Shown here in pieces: positions 1 through 9,162 of a stretch of 64,000 nucleotides of DNA. Position numbers and translations under genes: made by a program. The DNA lies in the NCBI GenBank assembly GCA_965261595.1, contig CBDHDG010000007.1, positions 736,001 to 800,000 of the forward strand, read 5' to 3'. Position 1 is the first letter of the stretch. Each line of letters opens with the position of its first letter. The notes under the pieces were generated by a model. The model did no database searches. It was not told the DNA's origin and saw only the letters and a list, made by a program, of their open reading frames with translations. The stretch is from a bacterium. GTDB lineage: Bacteria; UBA8248; JACPRG01; G963555815.

Positions 1-819
1 GCCGCACTTGTAACGCTCCCAGACGTCGTCCTTCAGCGGCATCACCCCGATGTCGAAGGCCTGGAGCGACTCCTGTTCTCCATCCAGCCGCCAAGGGATG
101 TTCCGGACCCGGTCCTCGTAGCCGGCGAGCTTGTAGGGTCCCCCGACGACGTGGATCTCCAGGGAGGGAAACTCGTCCAGCAGCTCCCGGAAGGTGTCGT
201 CCAGATAGCCCAGGTATTGGGAGGTCGAGTGGCTTCCAATCCAACCGATGACCAAGCCGTCCCGTGTTTTTTCCCCGCCGTCGGGTTGGTAAGTTTCCGT
301 GTCCACGGGCGTGGGGAGGATGTGAACGTTCGGGTTGAGCCGGCGGGCGTATTCGGCGAGGGACTCGTTTCCGGCGATGACCTCCGTGCTCCAGCGGAGG
401 ATCTCCTTCACCTGCTTGGACTGGCCGAGCAGCGAGGAAACATCCCCCAGAACGCCGCCCGGGGCCCCGGCGAGAAATACGGCGTCGTCGAAATCATAGA
501 TGATCGGGCGCCGGATGCGGCGGATCAGGTAACCGGCGAACGGAAACCAGAGTGGAAAGACCCGTCTGTGAATCACAACCAGGTCGTAGCGGTTCGCCCG
601 CAACAGGACGGCCAGACGCCGCGCGAACGAGCCGATCAGGCGAAGGAGCTTTTCGAGAAGAGATCCCTGGCGGTACAGGATGGAGTAAAGCCGCGTAGAC
701 ATGAACGGCCGGACATCCGCCTCCAGGCCGCGCCGCTTCAGGTGGGGCAAGTACTGCTCGATCCGCAGCCGGTTGCTGGCGCCCTCGGTCGGGTAAGGGA
801 CGAGGTAAAGAACCCTCAC
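1..819 (-). CDS. Glycosyltransferase family 4 protein (partial, runs off the window edge)
   Basis: Hand translation from GTG at 819: MRVLYLVPYPTEGASNRLRIEQYLPHL...IIYDFDDAVF...IGWIGSHST...FDIGVMPLKDDVWERYKCG. Typical GT4 motifs, frame open to position 1. Not in the ORF track. Confidence 0.85.
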   Translation of the reverse strand, partial: MRVLYLVPYPTEGASNRLRIEQYLPHLKRRGLEADVRPFMSTRLYSILYRQGSLLEKLLRLIGSFARRLAVLLRANRYDLVVIHRRVFPLWFPFAGYLIRRIRRPIIYDFDDAVFLAGAPGGVLGDVSSLLGQSKQVKEILRWSTEVIAGNESLAEYARRLNPNVHILPTPVDTETYQPDGGEKTRDGLVIGWIGSHSTSQYLGYLDDTFRELLDEFPSLEIHVVGGPYKLAGYEDRVRNIPWRLDGEQESLQAFDIGVMPLKDDVWERYKCG

Positions 820-1025
820 GCCTCATGAACTCCTATGCAATCAGAATCCAGCCCTTATATCACAGCCCCGATCGAACCGCCAATGGGCGCTTGCGCGCCG
901 GCCAAGCGGGGCACTTGCGTGCCGGCCAAGTTGCGGATGGAGGGGGTGTGCTTATGACAACCTCATCTTGCGCACGGTGGTCCGATTATCTGACAAGTCA
1001 GGGGCGCGTAACGTCAAAAAACGTC

Positions 1026-1128
1026 AAAGGGGTCAAGTCTTTTGTTAATAGACAGGGGAAAAAATTACCTTTACCCGCGTTTTGAACTTTCCCAACAAGA
1101 ATTAGCCAACAAAAGATTTGACCCCTTT
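1026..1128. repeat. Small element bounded by 21-bp inverted repeats (REP/MITE-like)
   Basis: AAAGGGGTCAAGTCTTTTGTT (1026-1046) and AACAAAAGATTTGACCCCTTT (1108-1128), 1 mismatch, AT-rich interior. Confidence 0.75.
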
Positions 1129-1193
1129 CCCCCGCTCTAGGGTTTTGTTGGACACTCGATTGATCCATGATTCATGGAGAAAGGGGTGTCGCG

Positions 1194-1580
1194 ATGAACG
1201 AACAAAAGCAAGAGGGGGCTTTGGCGGAGGGCGCCCGCAGGGCGAACGGAGCCAAGGCCCCAGGGCATCGCAGTGAGCGGGGTCGGTTCTCCTGCCAGCG
1301 CAAGCGGGAGGCGGTCCTGCGTCTTTTGCGGGGCGAGAGCCTGGAGACGCTCTGCCGCGAGTTGGGCACGACAGCGGCTCGGCTTTCCGCCTGGCGCGAG
1401 GCGTTCCTTCGCGGGGGCGAGGCGGCGCTCAAAGCTCGCCCGGCGGATGAGCGGGCCGAGGAGAACGCCCGGCTCAAGGCCAAGGTGGGCGAACTCACGA
1501 TGGAGGGCGAGGTCCTGCGGGAGAAGATCGACCGCCTGGAGGCCGGCCGCCCTTTAGCCGGCAGGAGGTGGAGGCGATGA
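1194..1580 (+). CDS. IS3-family transposase OrfA (HTH plus coiled coil)
   Basis: RFSCQRKREAVLRLLRGES...ELG...LSAWR HTH, ENARLKAKVGELTME zipper; stop overlaps the OrfB start (ATGA). Confidence 0.85.
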   Translation: MNEQKQEGALAEGARRANGAKAPGHRSERGRFSCQRKREAVLRLLRGESLETLCRELGTTAARLSAWREAFLRGGEAALKARPADERAEENARLKAKVGELTMEGEVLREKIDRLEAGRPLAGRRWRR

Positions 1581-2485
1581 GTCAGGCCCGCTTCACCTCC
1601 ACGGGCAGAGCCTACGGCCTGAAGCGGGTGTGCGCCCTTTGGGGCTTGGCGCGCTCCACGGTCTACGCGCAACGGCGGCGAGAGGCGGTCCCCGTTCATG
1701 AACGCCCCACGCCCAATAAGCGCGGCCCTGTGGGCCCGTGCACCGATGCGGAACTCCTCGGTCACATCCGGCAGGTCCTGGAGGACTCTCCCTTCCATGG
1801 CGAGGGCTACCGCAAGGTGTGGGCGAGGCTGCGCTTCGCGGGCATCCGCACCAGCAAGGAGCGGGTGCGTCGCCTGATGCGGGAGGCGGGGCTTCAGGCC
1901 CCCCACCGGGTGGGCAAACCCCGAGGTCCCAAGGCCCACAACGGGACCATCCGCACCGAGCGGCCCGACCGAATGTGGGGCACGGACATGACGACGACGG
2001 TGACCACCGAGGAGTGGATGGCCTCGGTGTTCGTGGCGGTGGATCACTGTTCGGTGGACTGCGTGGGGATCCATGCGGCCAAGAGCGGCAACCGCTTCGA
2101 GGCCATGGAGCCGATCCGGCAGGGGGTCGCCGAGCGCTTCGCCGGCTTGGAGGCGGACGTCGCCGAGGGGCTTAAAGTTCGTCACGACCACGGCCCCGCC
2201 TATCTGTCCGATGACTTTCAGCGGGAGATCGCCTACCTGGGCATGACCAGTTCGCCCAGCTTCGTGCGGGCGCCCGAGGGAAATGGCTACTGTGAGTGGT
2301 TCATCCGCATCTTGAAGGAGAATCTCCTGTGGGTGCGCTCTTTCGCCACCGTAGAGGAACTGCGGTGGGCGTTGCTTGAGTTCAAGAACCTGTATAACCA
2401 TCATTGGATTCTCGAGGGCTACGGCTACCGAACGCCGGCCCAGGCAAGGCAGGAAAAACTCGCTCAAGTTGCGGAGGCCGCATGA
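1577..2485 (+). CDS. IS3-family transposase OrfB (integrase core, DDE)
   Basis: GYRKVWARLR, WGTDMT, RHDHGPAY, PEGNGYCE, YNHHW motifs. Confidence 0.9.
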   Translation: MSQARFTSTGRAYGLKRVCALWGLARSTVYAQRRREAVPVHERPTPNKRGPVGPCTDAELLGHIRQVLEDSPFHGEGYRKVWARLRFAGIRTSKERVRRLMREAGLQAPHRVGKPRGPKAHNGTIRTERPDRMWGTDMTTTVTTEEWMASVFVAVDHCSVDCVGIHAAKSGNRFEAMEPIRQGVAERFAGLEADVAEGLKVRHDHGPAYLSDDFQREIAYLGMTSSPSFVRAPEGNGYCEWFIRILKENLLWVRSFATVEELRWALLEFKNLYNHHWILEGYGYRTPAQARQEKLAQVAEAA

Positions 2486-2667
2486 GGTCGAATACCCTCA
2501 CCCGAGTGTCCAATAACCCAGGGGCGGTCCACTCCCTGTCCCAATCCAATGAATTTTTCATGCCGGCAGGTGCAATCCATATAACGAAATTAATACGAAA
2601 TAAATCTCTCGGCAACCATTTTTTTGATCTGAGTGAAGGGGCGGGACCTCATGATCGGATTTAATCG

Positions 2668-2709
2668 GGGGACACCAGACCTAATCCTGAAATTAAGTAT
2701 GGTGTCCCC
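2668..2709. repeat. REP-like hairpin at the break point of the methyltransferase gene
   Basis: GGGGACACCAGACCTAAT / ATTAAGTATGGTGTCCCC, 18-bp arms, 2 mismatches, 6-nt loop. Confidence 0.7.
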
Positions 2710-2715
2710 GTAATT

Positions 2716-3075
2716 CGCCCCCGGCGCCAGCCAACGGAAGCAGTGTTCCCATACCTTATCCAATTCCGCAAGAAATTCTTCGTAGTCTGCAATCGCACCC
2801 AACTGGCCCTCGGAATGATGATAATCCTTCAGTGTCCAATAGGGGGGGGAAGTCAGAATCAGGTGGACGCTACGAGGTTCAAGCATGAACAATTCGCGGG
2901 CGTCGTGAAGGTGCAGGTCGTGGCGGGTGGGAATTCCACGAAGGGTGGCCTCGATAAGCGCCATGAGCCTGCAGTCTTTAGCAATCCGGGGCAACGCTGT
3001 CTGCAGGGACTCAATCTCGCGCAATTCATCCGGGAGGAACTGGGCAACGTCTTCTTTTGCCGAAGAATCGGCCAT
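2716..3075 (-). pseudogene. Truncated N4/N6 DNA methyltransferase (beta-class N-terminal part)
   Basis: SVHLILTSPPYW catalytic motif and YEEFLAELDKVWEHCFRWLAPG; similarity ends at the hairpin and no SAM-binding FxGxG motif follows. Confidence 0.75.
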
Positions 3076-3164
3076 CAGCCTGCCCATCCGTGTTTAATCA
3101 AAATTCGTTGGTTGAACTCCATAACCTCAGCCTATCACAAACCCGCGTGTCGCTCGCCCATCGA

Positions 3165-4028
3165 TCATTGGTCACACCTCGGTTCTCCTGTGTCCGATGA
3201 TTGTTCTCCCGGCGAGCAGTGCACCCAGCTCAGGTCCGCCTGCCGGAAAAATCCGAGGTCCTCGAACAGCCGCTCCGAGGCGTGGTTGCCCTCGACGATG
3301 AAGCAATAAGGCGCGCGGCCGGCGCGAAACCGCTTTTCCACCAGGGCGGACACGACGGCCCTCGCATAGCCCTTCCGCCGGTGAGCCTCCAGCGTGTGGA
3401 CCATCCCGATGGACCCGTCGTAATGGACCAGCGCCCATGCCGCCGGGACGCCCTCGACGCGGACGCATGCCGTGGGGGCGCCATCGATCCGGCTGAGGGG
3501 ATATTCCTCGCCGTCTCCATAGTTCCAGTGGCGGGCGACGAGGGCCGCGTCCTCCCGCCGGAGGGGCTCCACAAGACAGGCGTCGGGACCGGCGGCCCGA
3601 AACGGCCGAAACGCCGCGTGCTCCAACCGGTACATGCCGCAGGGATGTTCGGACACCTCATTCGTCCTGACTTTGAGGAGGGGGAGAAACCTGTGATCCA
3701 GCCCGGAGAACCGGACCTCCCGGCACCAATCAATGCCCTCCAGAAGCCGTTCCGCCGCCTCCTCGTCCGCCGCGAATAACGAGAAGGCCCGGCGGCCCCA
3801 GCACAAAGCCGCCCGGGGGCGGGGCCAGCGCTCCGTCCACCACTGACCGAAGTCCCCGCCCTCTTCCTCGAGTTGGCCGATGAATTTCACGCTCGCGGGC
3901 CAGTACTCCCGCAAGCAGGCATGCATCGCCCCTCCCTCCCCCGGGGTCACCCGGTGAAGGCCCGTCACCCCCGTTTCAGACGCTACGTCGGACGGCACGG
4001 CCTTGACGCTCCCTTTTCCTCGTTCCAT
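3165..4028 (-). CDS. GNAT-family N-acetyltransferase (FR47/glycine N-acyltransferase-like C-terminus); start uncertain
   Basis: IGMVHTLEAHRRKGYARAVV acetyl-CoA motif A; GNHASERLFEDLGF. Confidence 0.8.
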   Translation of the reverse strand: MERGKGSVKAVPSDVASETGVTGLHRVTPGEGGAMHACLREYWPASVKFIGQLEEEGGDFGQWWTERWPRPRAALCWGRRAFSLFAADEEAAERLLEGIDWCREVRFSGLDHRFLPLLKVRTNEVSEHPCGMYRLEHAAFRPFRAAGPDACLVEPLRREDAALVARHWNYGDGEEYPLSRIDGAPTACVRVEGVPAAWALVHYDGSIGMVHTLEAHRRKGYARAVVSALVEKRFRAGRAPYCFIVEGNHASERLFEDLGFFRQADLSWVHCSPGEQSSDTGEPRCDQ

Positions 4029-4038
4029 GCGGCCTTCG

Positions 4039-4848
4039 TTACGTGCCGACGCGCACGGGGTCCACTATGCCGCGTATTGTCGCCAACACGGACAGACCGA
4101 CCAGGTGGCTCGTTTTGGGGTTGTCCGGCGACAGGACGTTCTCGGTCCGGGTGACGAAGCGGCCGAATTCCCCTTCCACCTCGATCTCGTTGACTGTCCG
4201 GTCGGCCGCCGGGTCGACGACGACCCGGGCGATCGTCCGGTCCGGCCCGACGCCGGCCAGGCTCAGCGCGCAGGAGATGTTCACGTTGGCCGGAAACTTC
4301 GTGATGGCCTCGCGGGCCGGCCCCTCGAAAAGGACGCGGGGGGTGTCCAGGCTGTCCAGGTCGATCCCCTGCCGCAGGACCTCCGGGTCGCCTTGAAAAG
4401 ACTTGCTGGATTTCGTGCACGTGAGCACGACCCGATCGATCCGCCCCACCGCCGCGGATTTCACGCTGTCCAGTCCGACAATCGCCCCGGAGGGGACGTG
4501 GATCTTCCGGCGCCGCTCGCGCGCCAGGTCGATGAGCTCCGGATGGTTGATCAACGCGCCGACCGTCAAGACCATGATGTCCCGGTCCGCGCGGAGGATC
4601 TCCTCGATAACGTCCCGGGCCGATTCCGGCGAGACCGCCTCGACGATCAGATCGGAGACGGCCGGCAGGTCCGGCAGGTCCAAAACGGGCGGGGAGGCGT
4701 CCAGCTCGGCGGAAAGGGCCGCCGCGCGTTCCCGCGTCCTCGAGACCAGCCCCGTCACACGGGCGGGAAAATCGTCCCGGTCCACCCCTTTGGCCACTTC
4801 GCGGCCAATCGCGCCGCACCCGACAAGACCGATTCGAAGGTCGTTCAT
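4039..4848 (-). CDS. nadX: L-aspartate dehydrogenase
   Basis: IGLVGCGAIG Rossmann motif, PSGAIVGLD, FEGPAREA..FPANVN, PDNPKTS. Confidence 0.9.
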   Translation of the reverse strand: MNDLRIGLVGCGAIGREVAKGVDRDDFPARVTGLVSRTRERAAALSAELDASPPVLDLPDLPAVSDLIVEAVSPESARDVIEEILRADRDIMVLTVGALINHPELIDLARERRRKIHVPSGAIVGLDSVKSAAVGRIDRVVLTCTKSSKSFQGDPEVLRQGIDLDSLDTPRVLFEGPAREAITKFPANVNISCALSLAGVGPDRTIARVVVDPAADRTVNEIEVEGEFGRFVTRTENVLSPDNPKTSHLVGLSVLATIRGIVDPVRVGT

Positions 4849-4917
4849 CCAACACCTCGCGGGATTTTCGGAACCCTCCGGGGTGAGCGATCCCGAGACC
4901 TGAAATCGGACAATCGC

Positions 4918-6315
4918 TTACTCGGATTCCACGGTGACAAAAGTCGTCCTCGAGCCGCGCTGAATGAGAAGCATCTGGGAGGACCGGCCTGGAAACAGGG
5001 CCTTCCGGTACTCCTCCACGCTCTTCACGGGCTTGCGGTTGACCTCGATGATCACGTCCCCCTTCCGAAGCCCGGCCCGGGCCCCGTGGGCGGCGCCGGC
5101 GACGTCCGTGATGAGGACCCCCCGGCTCGCCGCAACGCCCGACTTGAGCGCAAGCGCCTGGGTCAGCGTCCTTACGGATAGGCCCAGTCCGGGGTCCGGC
5201 CGCAGGTCAGGAGTCACCCGTCTGCCGCCGGACGCCTCCGCCAAGACCACGGTGAGGCCGATTTCCTTCTTGTTCCTGACGAGGCGGATCTGAACCTTTT
5301 GGCCCACCCGGGAACCGGCGACCCCCAGCGGCAAATCGTGGGCATCCACGACCGGGGTTCCGCCGAAGGAGAGGATCACGTCTCCCCGCCGGAGGCCGGC
5401 CGCTTCCGCGGGACTGTCGCCGACCACGGCGGAAAGCAGCGCGCCCTCGGGCTTGCGCAGCCCGAGCAGGCGGATCATCGACGCCGCCACGTTCTGCACC
5501 TCGACGCCCAGATAGGGCCGAACCACCCGCCGGTGGACCTTCAAGTCCTCAACGACCCGCCGGACCCACTTGATGGGAATCGAGAAGCCGATCCCCTGGC
5601 TGCCCCGGCGGATGGCTGTATTGACGCCCACCACCTCCCCCCCCAGGTTGAAAAGGGGCCCGCCGGAGTTCCCCGGGTTGATGGAGGCGTCCGTCTGGAT
5701 GAAATCGTCGAACGTCCCCGCGCCGATGACCCTCCCCTTGGCGCTGACGATGCCGGCGGTGACGGTGTGACCCAGGCCGAAGGGGTTGCCGATGGCCAGG
5801 ACCCATTCCCCCACCTTGAGTTTTTCCGAGTCGCCCAACGCGGCGGCGGGGAGCATGCGGTCCGGCTTGACCTTGAGCAGGGCCAGGTCGGTCCTCCGGT
5901 CAATCCCGACGATCACGGCTTTCAGAACGGTGCGATCCCACAGGCGGACCTGAATCGCGACGGCCTTGCGAATGACGTGCTCGTTGGTCACGACGTAACC
6001 GTCGCCGGTCAGGATGAAACCCGAGCCGCGCGAAAACCGCCGGATGGACGGGGCCGCCCGGTCGGTTTTCTTGCCGCGCAGGAAACGCTCGGAGAATCTC
6101 TCCGGCGCCGTCCGCCTGACGGGCAGGGTCTGCACCCGGACGGCGTAGATGCTGACCACGGTCCGTTTCAACCTGTCGGCCAACTCCACAAACGAAGGAA
6201 CGGCGGAGGGTTGGGCGAAACCGGGGCGCGCCGGCAAGGCCAAGGCGCCTACCCCGAGGGCCAGCGCCAAAATCATCCCTTTTGAGCAAACGTCCGATCT
6301 TGATACGGAAGCCAT
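4918..6315 (-). CDS. degP: Do/DegP (HtrA) family periplasmic serine protease with two PDZ domains
   Basis: Signal peptide, GSGFI..TNEHVI, TDLALLK, IQTDASINPGNSGGPL, two GL.xGDVI PDZ repeats; start placed at MASVS. Confidence 0.9.
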   Translation of the reverse strand: MASVSRSDVCSKGMILALALGVGALALPARPGFAQPSAVPSFVELADRLKRTVVSIYAVRVQTLPVRRTAPERFSERFLRGKKTDRAAPSIRRFSRGSGFILTGDGYVVTNEHVIRKAVAIQVRLWDRTVLKAVIVGIDRRTDLALLKVKPDRMLPAAALGDSEKLKVGEWVLAIGNPFGLGHTVTAGIVSAKGRVIGAGTFDDFIQTDASINPGNSGGPLFNLGGEVVGVNTAIRRGSQGIGFSIPIKWVRRVVEDLKVHRRVVRPYLGVEVQNVAASMIRLLGLRKPEGALLSAVVGDSPAEAAGLRRGDVILSFGGTPVVDAHDLPLGVAGSRVGQKVQIRLVRNKKEIGLTVVLAEASGGRRVTPDLRPDPGLGLSVRTLTQALALKSGVAASRGVLITDVAGAAHGARAGLRKGDVIIEVNRKPVKSVEEYRKALFPGRSSQMLLIQRGSRTTFVTVESE

Positions 6316-6586
6316 TTCTTTCGCCTCCCAAAGCGGAGCCCCCCGGCGGACCGCGGGAACGGCTGGGTCCGGAAATCTGTCTTGAGCGATGAGCGACCCA
6401 TTGATCATATGTACCGCACCGGACAAATCAAGCCGAGGTTGCCGGACGGACGCGTGCTGGGTTAGACTTTCGGAAGAGGTTCCCGCCTGCCCTGCCAATT
6501 GTTCCGGAACCTTGGCCCCCCGCGTTCCATCGGGGGAACCTTTCACCGACAGAGGACGCGGCGTTATCGAATCCGCATCGACCGGC

Positions 6587-7099
6587 TTGATCCTCGGCAT
6601 CGATCCGGGCCTTTCGGTCACGGGATACGGTCTGATCCGCCCGAAGCCGTTCCGCCCGTCCGCCCCCTCGGGGGCCGAGTTCGTCGAGGCCGGCGTGATC
6701 CGGACCTTGGACGCCGATCCCCTGTACAGACGCCTGTTGGAGATCCAGCGGGGCGTCGAGGAGGTCCTGTCCGAGTATTCCCCGATCGCCCTGGCGGTCG
6801 AGGCCCTTTATTCGCATTACGCCCATCCCCGGACGGCGATCCTCATGGGCCACGCCCGGGGGGTGATCTGCTGCGCGGCCGCCGCCCGGGACATTCCGGT
6901 TCTGGACTACGCCGCGACCTACATCAAGCGGTCCCTGACCGGAAACGGCCGGGCGCCGAAGGATCAGGTCCAGCGGGCCGTCGCCTTTTTCCTCGGATTG
7001 CCCTCCGCGCCGGAGCCGCCCGACGCCGCCGACGCCCTCGCCATCGCCCTCACCCATCTCGAGGACCGATCGAGGGAAGCCGCCCTCAACCCGTCATGA
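6587..7099 (+). CDS. ruvC: Holliday junction resolvase RuvC (start approximate)
   Basis: ILGIDPG..TGYG, LAVE, MGHARGV, TGNGRAPKDQV, PDAADALAIALTH. Confidence 0.93.
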   Translation: MILGIDPGLSVTGYGLIRPKPFRPSAPSGAEFVEAGVIRTLDADPLYRRLLEIQRGVEEVLSEYSPIALAVEALYSHYAHPRTAILMGHARGVICCAAAARDIPVLDYAATYIKRSLTGNGRAPKDQVQRAVAFFLGLPSAPEPPDAADALAIALTHLEDRSREAALNPS

Positions 7100-7755
7100 T
7101 CTCGACCATCACCGGAATCTTGGCTCGCGTGGACGAGGATTCCGTCCACCTGCGGGTCGGCGGAATCACTTACCGGATTCTCGTGCCCGCCTCTCTCCTG
7201 GAGCGCGTCCAGGCCCGGTGGAGGAGCGGCGCCGGCCCAGAAGGCGAAGCCGGGGAAGAGATGACCTTTCACACCCTGTACTACATCGAGGGAAGCGCCG
7301 GCATGGGCAACGCCTATCCCCGGCTGGTCGGGTTTCTTCATCCGAAAGACCGCGAGTTCTTCGAGCGCTATACGGCCGTGCCCGGCCTGGGGGTGCGGAA
7401 GGCCCTGCGGTCCCTGACCCTCTCCGTCCGCCGGCTGGCCGAAGCCATCGAGCACGGGGACACGGCCGCCCTGGTCAAGCTCCCCGAGATCGGAAAGCGG
7501 ACGGCGGAGAAGATTGTGGCCGAGCTTCGAGGCAAGGTCTACGAGTTCGCCCTCATCCCGTCCGAGGGAGATGAGGGTCCGGCCGCGCCCGCGCCGGAGG
7601 AGGACGGCCTGCGGCCGCAGGCGATTGAGGTGTTCACCCAGTTGGGCTATAAGGGGGCCGACGCGGACGCGCTGGTTCGGGACGCCCTCGACCGAAACCC
7701 GGCCCTGGATTCGGTGGATGCCATCGTCAAGGAAGTCTTTCGCAAGAGGAGCTGA
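7096..7755 (+). CDS. ruvA: Holliday junction branch migration protein RuvA
   Basis: MISTITG, VGGITY, VPGLGVRKAL, LPEIGKRTAEKIVAELRGK; lies between ruvC and ruvB. Confidence 0.93.
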   Translation: MISTITGILARVDEDSVHLRVGGITYRILVPASLLERVQARWRSGAGPEGEAGEEMTFHTLYYIEGSAGMGNAYPRLVGFLHPKDREFFERYTAVPGLGVRKALRSLTLSVRRLAEAIEHGDTAALVKLPEIGKRTAEKIVAELRGKVYEFALIPSEGDEGPAAPAPEEDGLRPQAIEVFTQLGYKGADADALVRDALDRNPALDSVDAIVKEVFRKRS

Positions 7756-7766
7756 GGGGTTCCCGG

Positions 7767-8888
7767 ATGGTCCGTGAACGACTGGTGATGGGTGAGCCTC
7801 TCTCGGTGGAAGAGGAGGTCGCGAACGCCGCCCTCCGGCCCCGGCGCATGGAAGAGTTTGTCGGCCACCGCAACCTGGTGGAACGGCTCCGAATCGCCGT
7901 CGATGCCGCCCTCCAGCGCGGCGAGCCTATCGATCACATCATCTTTTACGGCCCCCCCGGTCTGGGGAAGACGACCCTGGCCCATATCATCGCCCATGAG
8001 ATGGGCGCCCACCTTGTGACCGCGTCGGGTCCCGCCATCACCCGTCCCGCCGACTTGATGGGGATTCTCACCAACCTGGATGACTCCAGCGTCCTGTTCC
8101 TGGATGAGATCCACCGCCTGCCCGTGACCGTGGAGGAGTTTCTCTTTCCGGCCATGGAGGACTACCAGGTGGACTTCATCATCGACAAAGGGCCTTTCGC
8201 CAAGAAGATCAACATCCCCCTGAAACCCTTTACGCTGATCGGCGCCACCACCCGGGCCGGCTTGCTGTCCGCGCCGCTCCGGGAGCGGTTCGGCATTTTC
8301 CACCACTTGAATTTTTACCCCCCCGAAGACCTGGCGCGGATCATCCGCCGCTCGGCTGGCCTGCTGGATTTCCCGTTCGAGCCGGAGGCGGCCGACCTGC
8401 TGTCCGTCCGGTCGCGGGGCACGCCGCGCGTCGCCAACCGGCTCCTCCGCCGAGTCCGGGATTACGCGGAGGTGAAGTCCGACGGAAGACTGACGCCCGT
8501 CACCGTCACCGATGCGCTCGCCCTGGAGGGGATTGACGAGGCCGGCCTGGATGAGCTGGACCGCCGCGTCCTGAGAACCATGCTGGAGGTCTACCGGGGA
8601 GGGCCCGTAGGCCTCGAAGCCCTGGCGGCCACCTTGAACGAAGAGCCGGACACCCTGTCCGATATGGTCGAGCCCTTCCTCCTCAAGTGCAAGCTCCTCA
8701 TCCGCACGCCCCAGGGCCGGCGCGTCACCGACGCGGGGCGCGGACACCTGGGGCTGCCGCCCATGGATTCCGACGACGTGGGGCGGGACCGCGAAGACCC
8801 GGATCCCCCTTCTCCCTCCCCCCCTCCCCAGGAAAAACTCGCGTTCGGCTCCGAAGCCGCGGGTGGACGGGACATGTCCAACGGATAG
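7767..8888 (+). CDS. ruvB: Holliday junction helicase RuvB
   Basis: LRP, YGPPGLGKTTLA, FLDEIHRL, GATTRAG, RGTPRVANRLLRRVRD. Confidence 0.97.
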   Translation: MVRERLVMGEPLSVEEEVANAALRPRRMEEFVGHRNLVERLRIAVDAALQRGEPIDHIIFYGPPGLGKTTLAHIIAHEMGAHLVTASGPAITRPADLMGILTNLDDSSVLFLDEIHRLPVTVEEFLFPAMEDYQVDFIIDKGPFAKKINIPLKPFTLIGATTRAGLLSAPLRERFGIFHHLNFYPPEDLARIIRRSAGLLDFPFEPEAADLLSVRSRGTPRVANRLLRRVRDYAEVKSDGRLTPVTVTDALALEGIDEAGLDELDRRVLRTMLEVYRGGPVGLEALAATLNEEPDTLSDMVEPFLLKCKLLIRTPQGRRVTDAGRGHLGLPPMDSDDVGRDREDPDPPSPSPPPQEKLAFGSEAAGGRDMSNG

Positions 8889-8940
8889 ACATTTCGCTCG
8901 ACGCGTCGCGAAAGAACCAGGGGAGGGGAGGTCTTCCAGG

Positions 8941-9162
8941 ATGGGATTCGGCGGGATCGGAAAGGCCCTGATGATCCTGGGCGCCGTGCTCTTCGCCCTG
9001 GGGGGACTTCTGGCGCTCGGCGGAAAGATCCCTTGGCTGGGCCAACTCCCGGGAGACATTCACATCAAAAGAGAAAACTTCCAATTCTACTTTCCCCTGG
9101 GAACCGGTTTGGTCCTGAGCGTGGTTCTGTCTCTGCTCCTCTCGGTGTTGTTCCGGAAGTGA
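8941..9162 (+). CDS. DUF2905 small membrane protein
   Basis: LGQLPGDIHIKRENFQFYFPL motif; usual position after ruvB. Confidence 0.85.
   Translation: MGFGGIGKALMILGAVLFALGGLLALGGKIPWLGQLPGDIHIKRENFQFYFPLGTGLVLSVVLSLLLSVLFRK

Larger units (their letters stand above)
1132..2531 (+). mobile_element. IS3-family insertion sequence
   Basis: orfA/orfB pair. Imperfect terminal IRs share ...GGGTT..TTGGACACTCG (~1132-1158) and CGAGTGTCCAATAACCCAGGGGCGGTCCA (2503-2531, ending in CA). Confidence 0.85.

Noticed and set aside
151..828. 225-aa plus-strand ORF
   Set aside because: Antisense to the glycosyltransferase, which is the real gene
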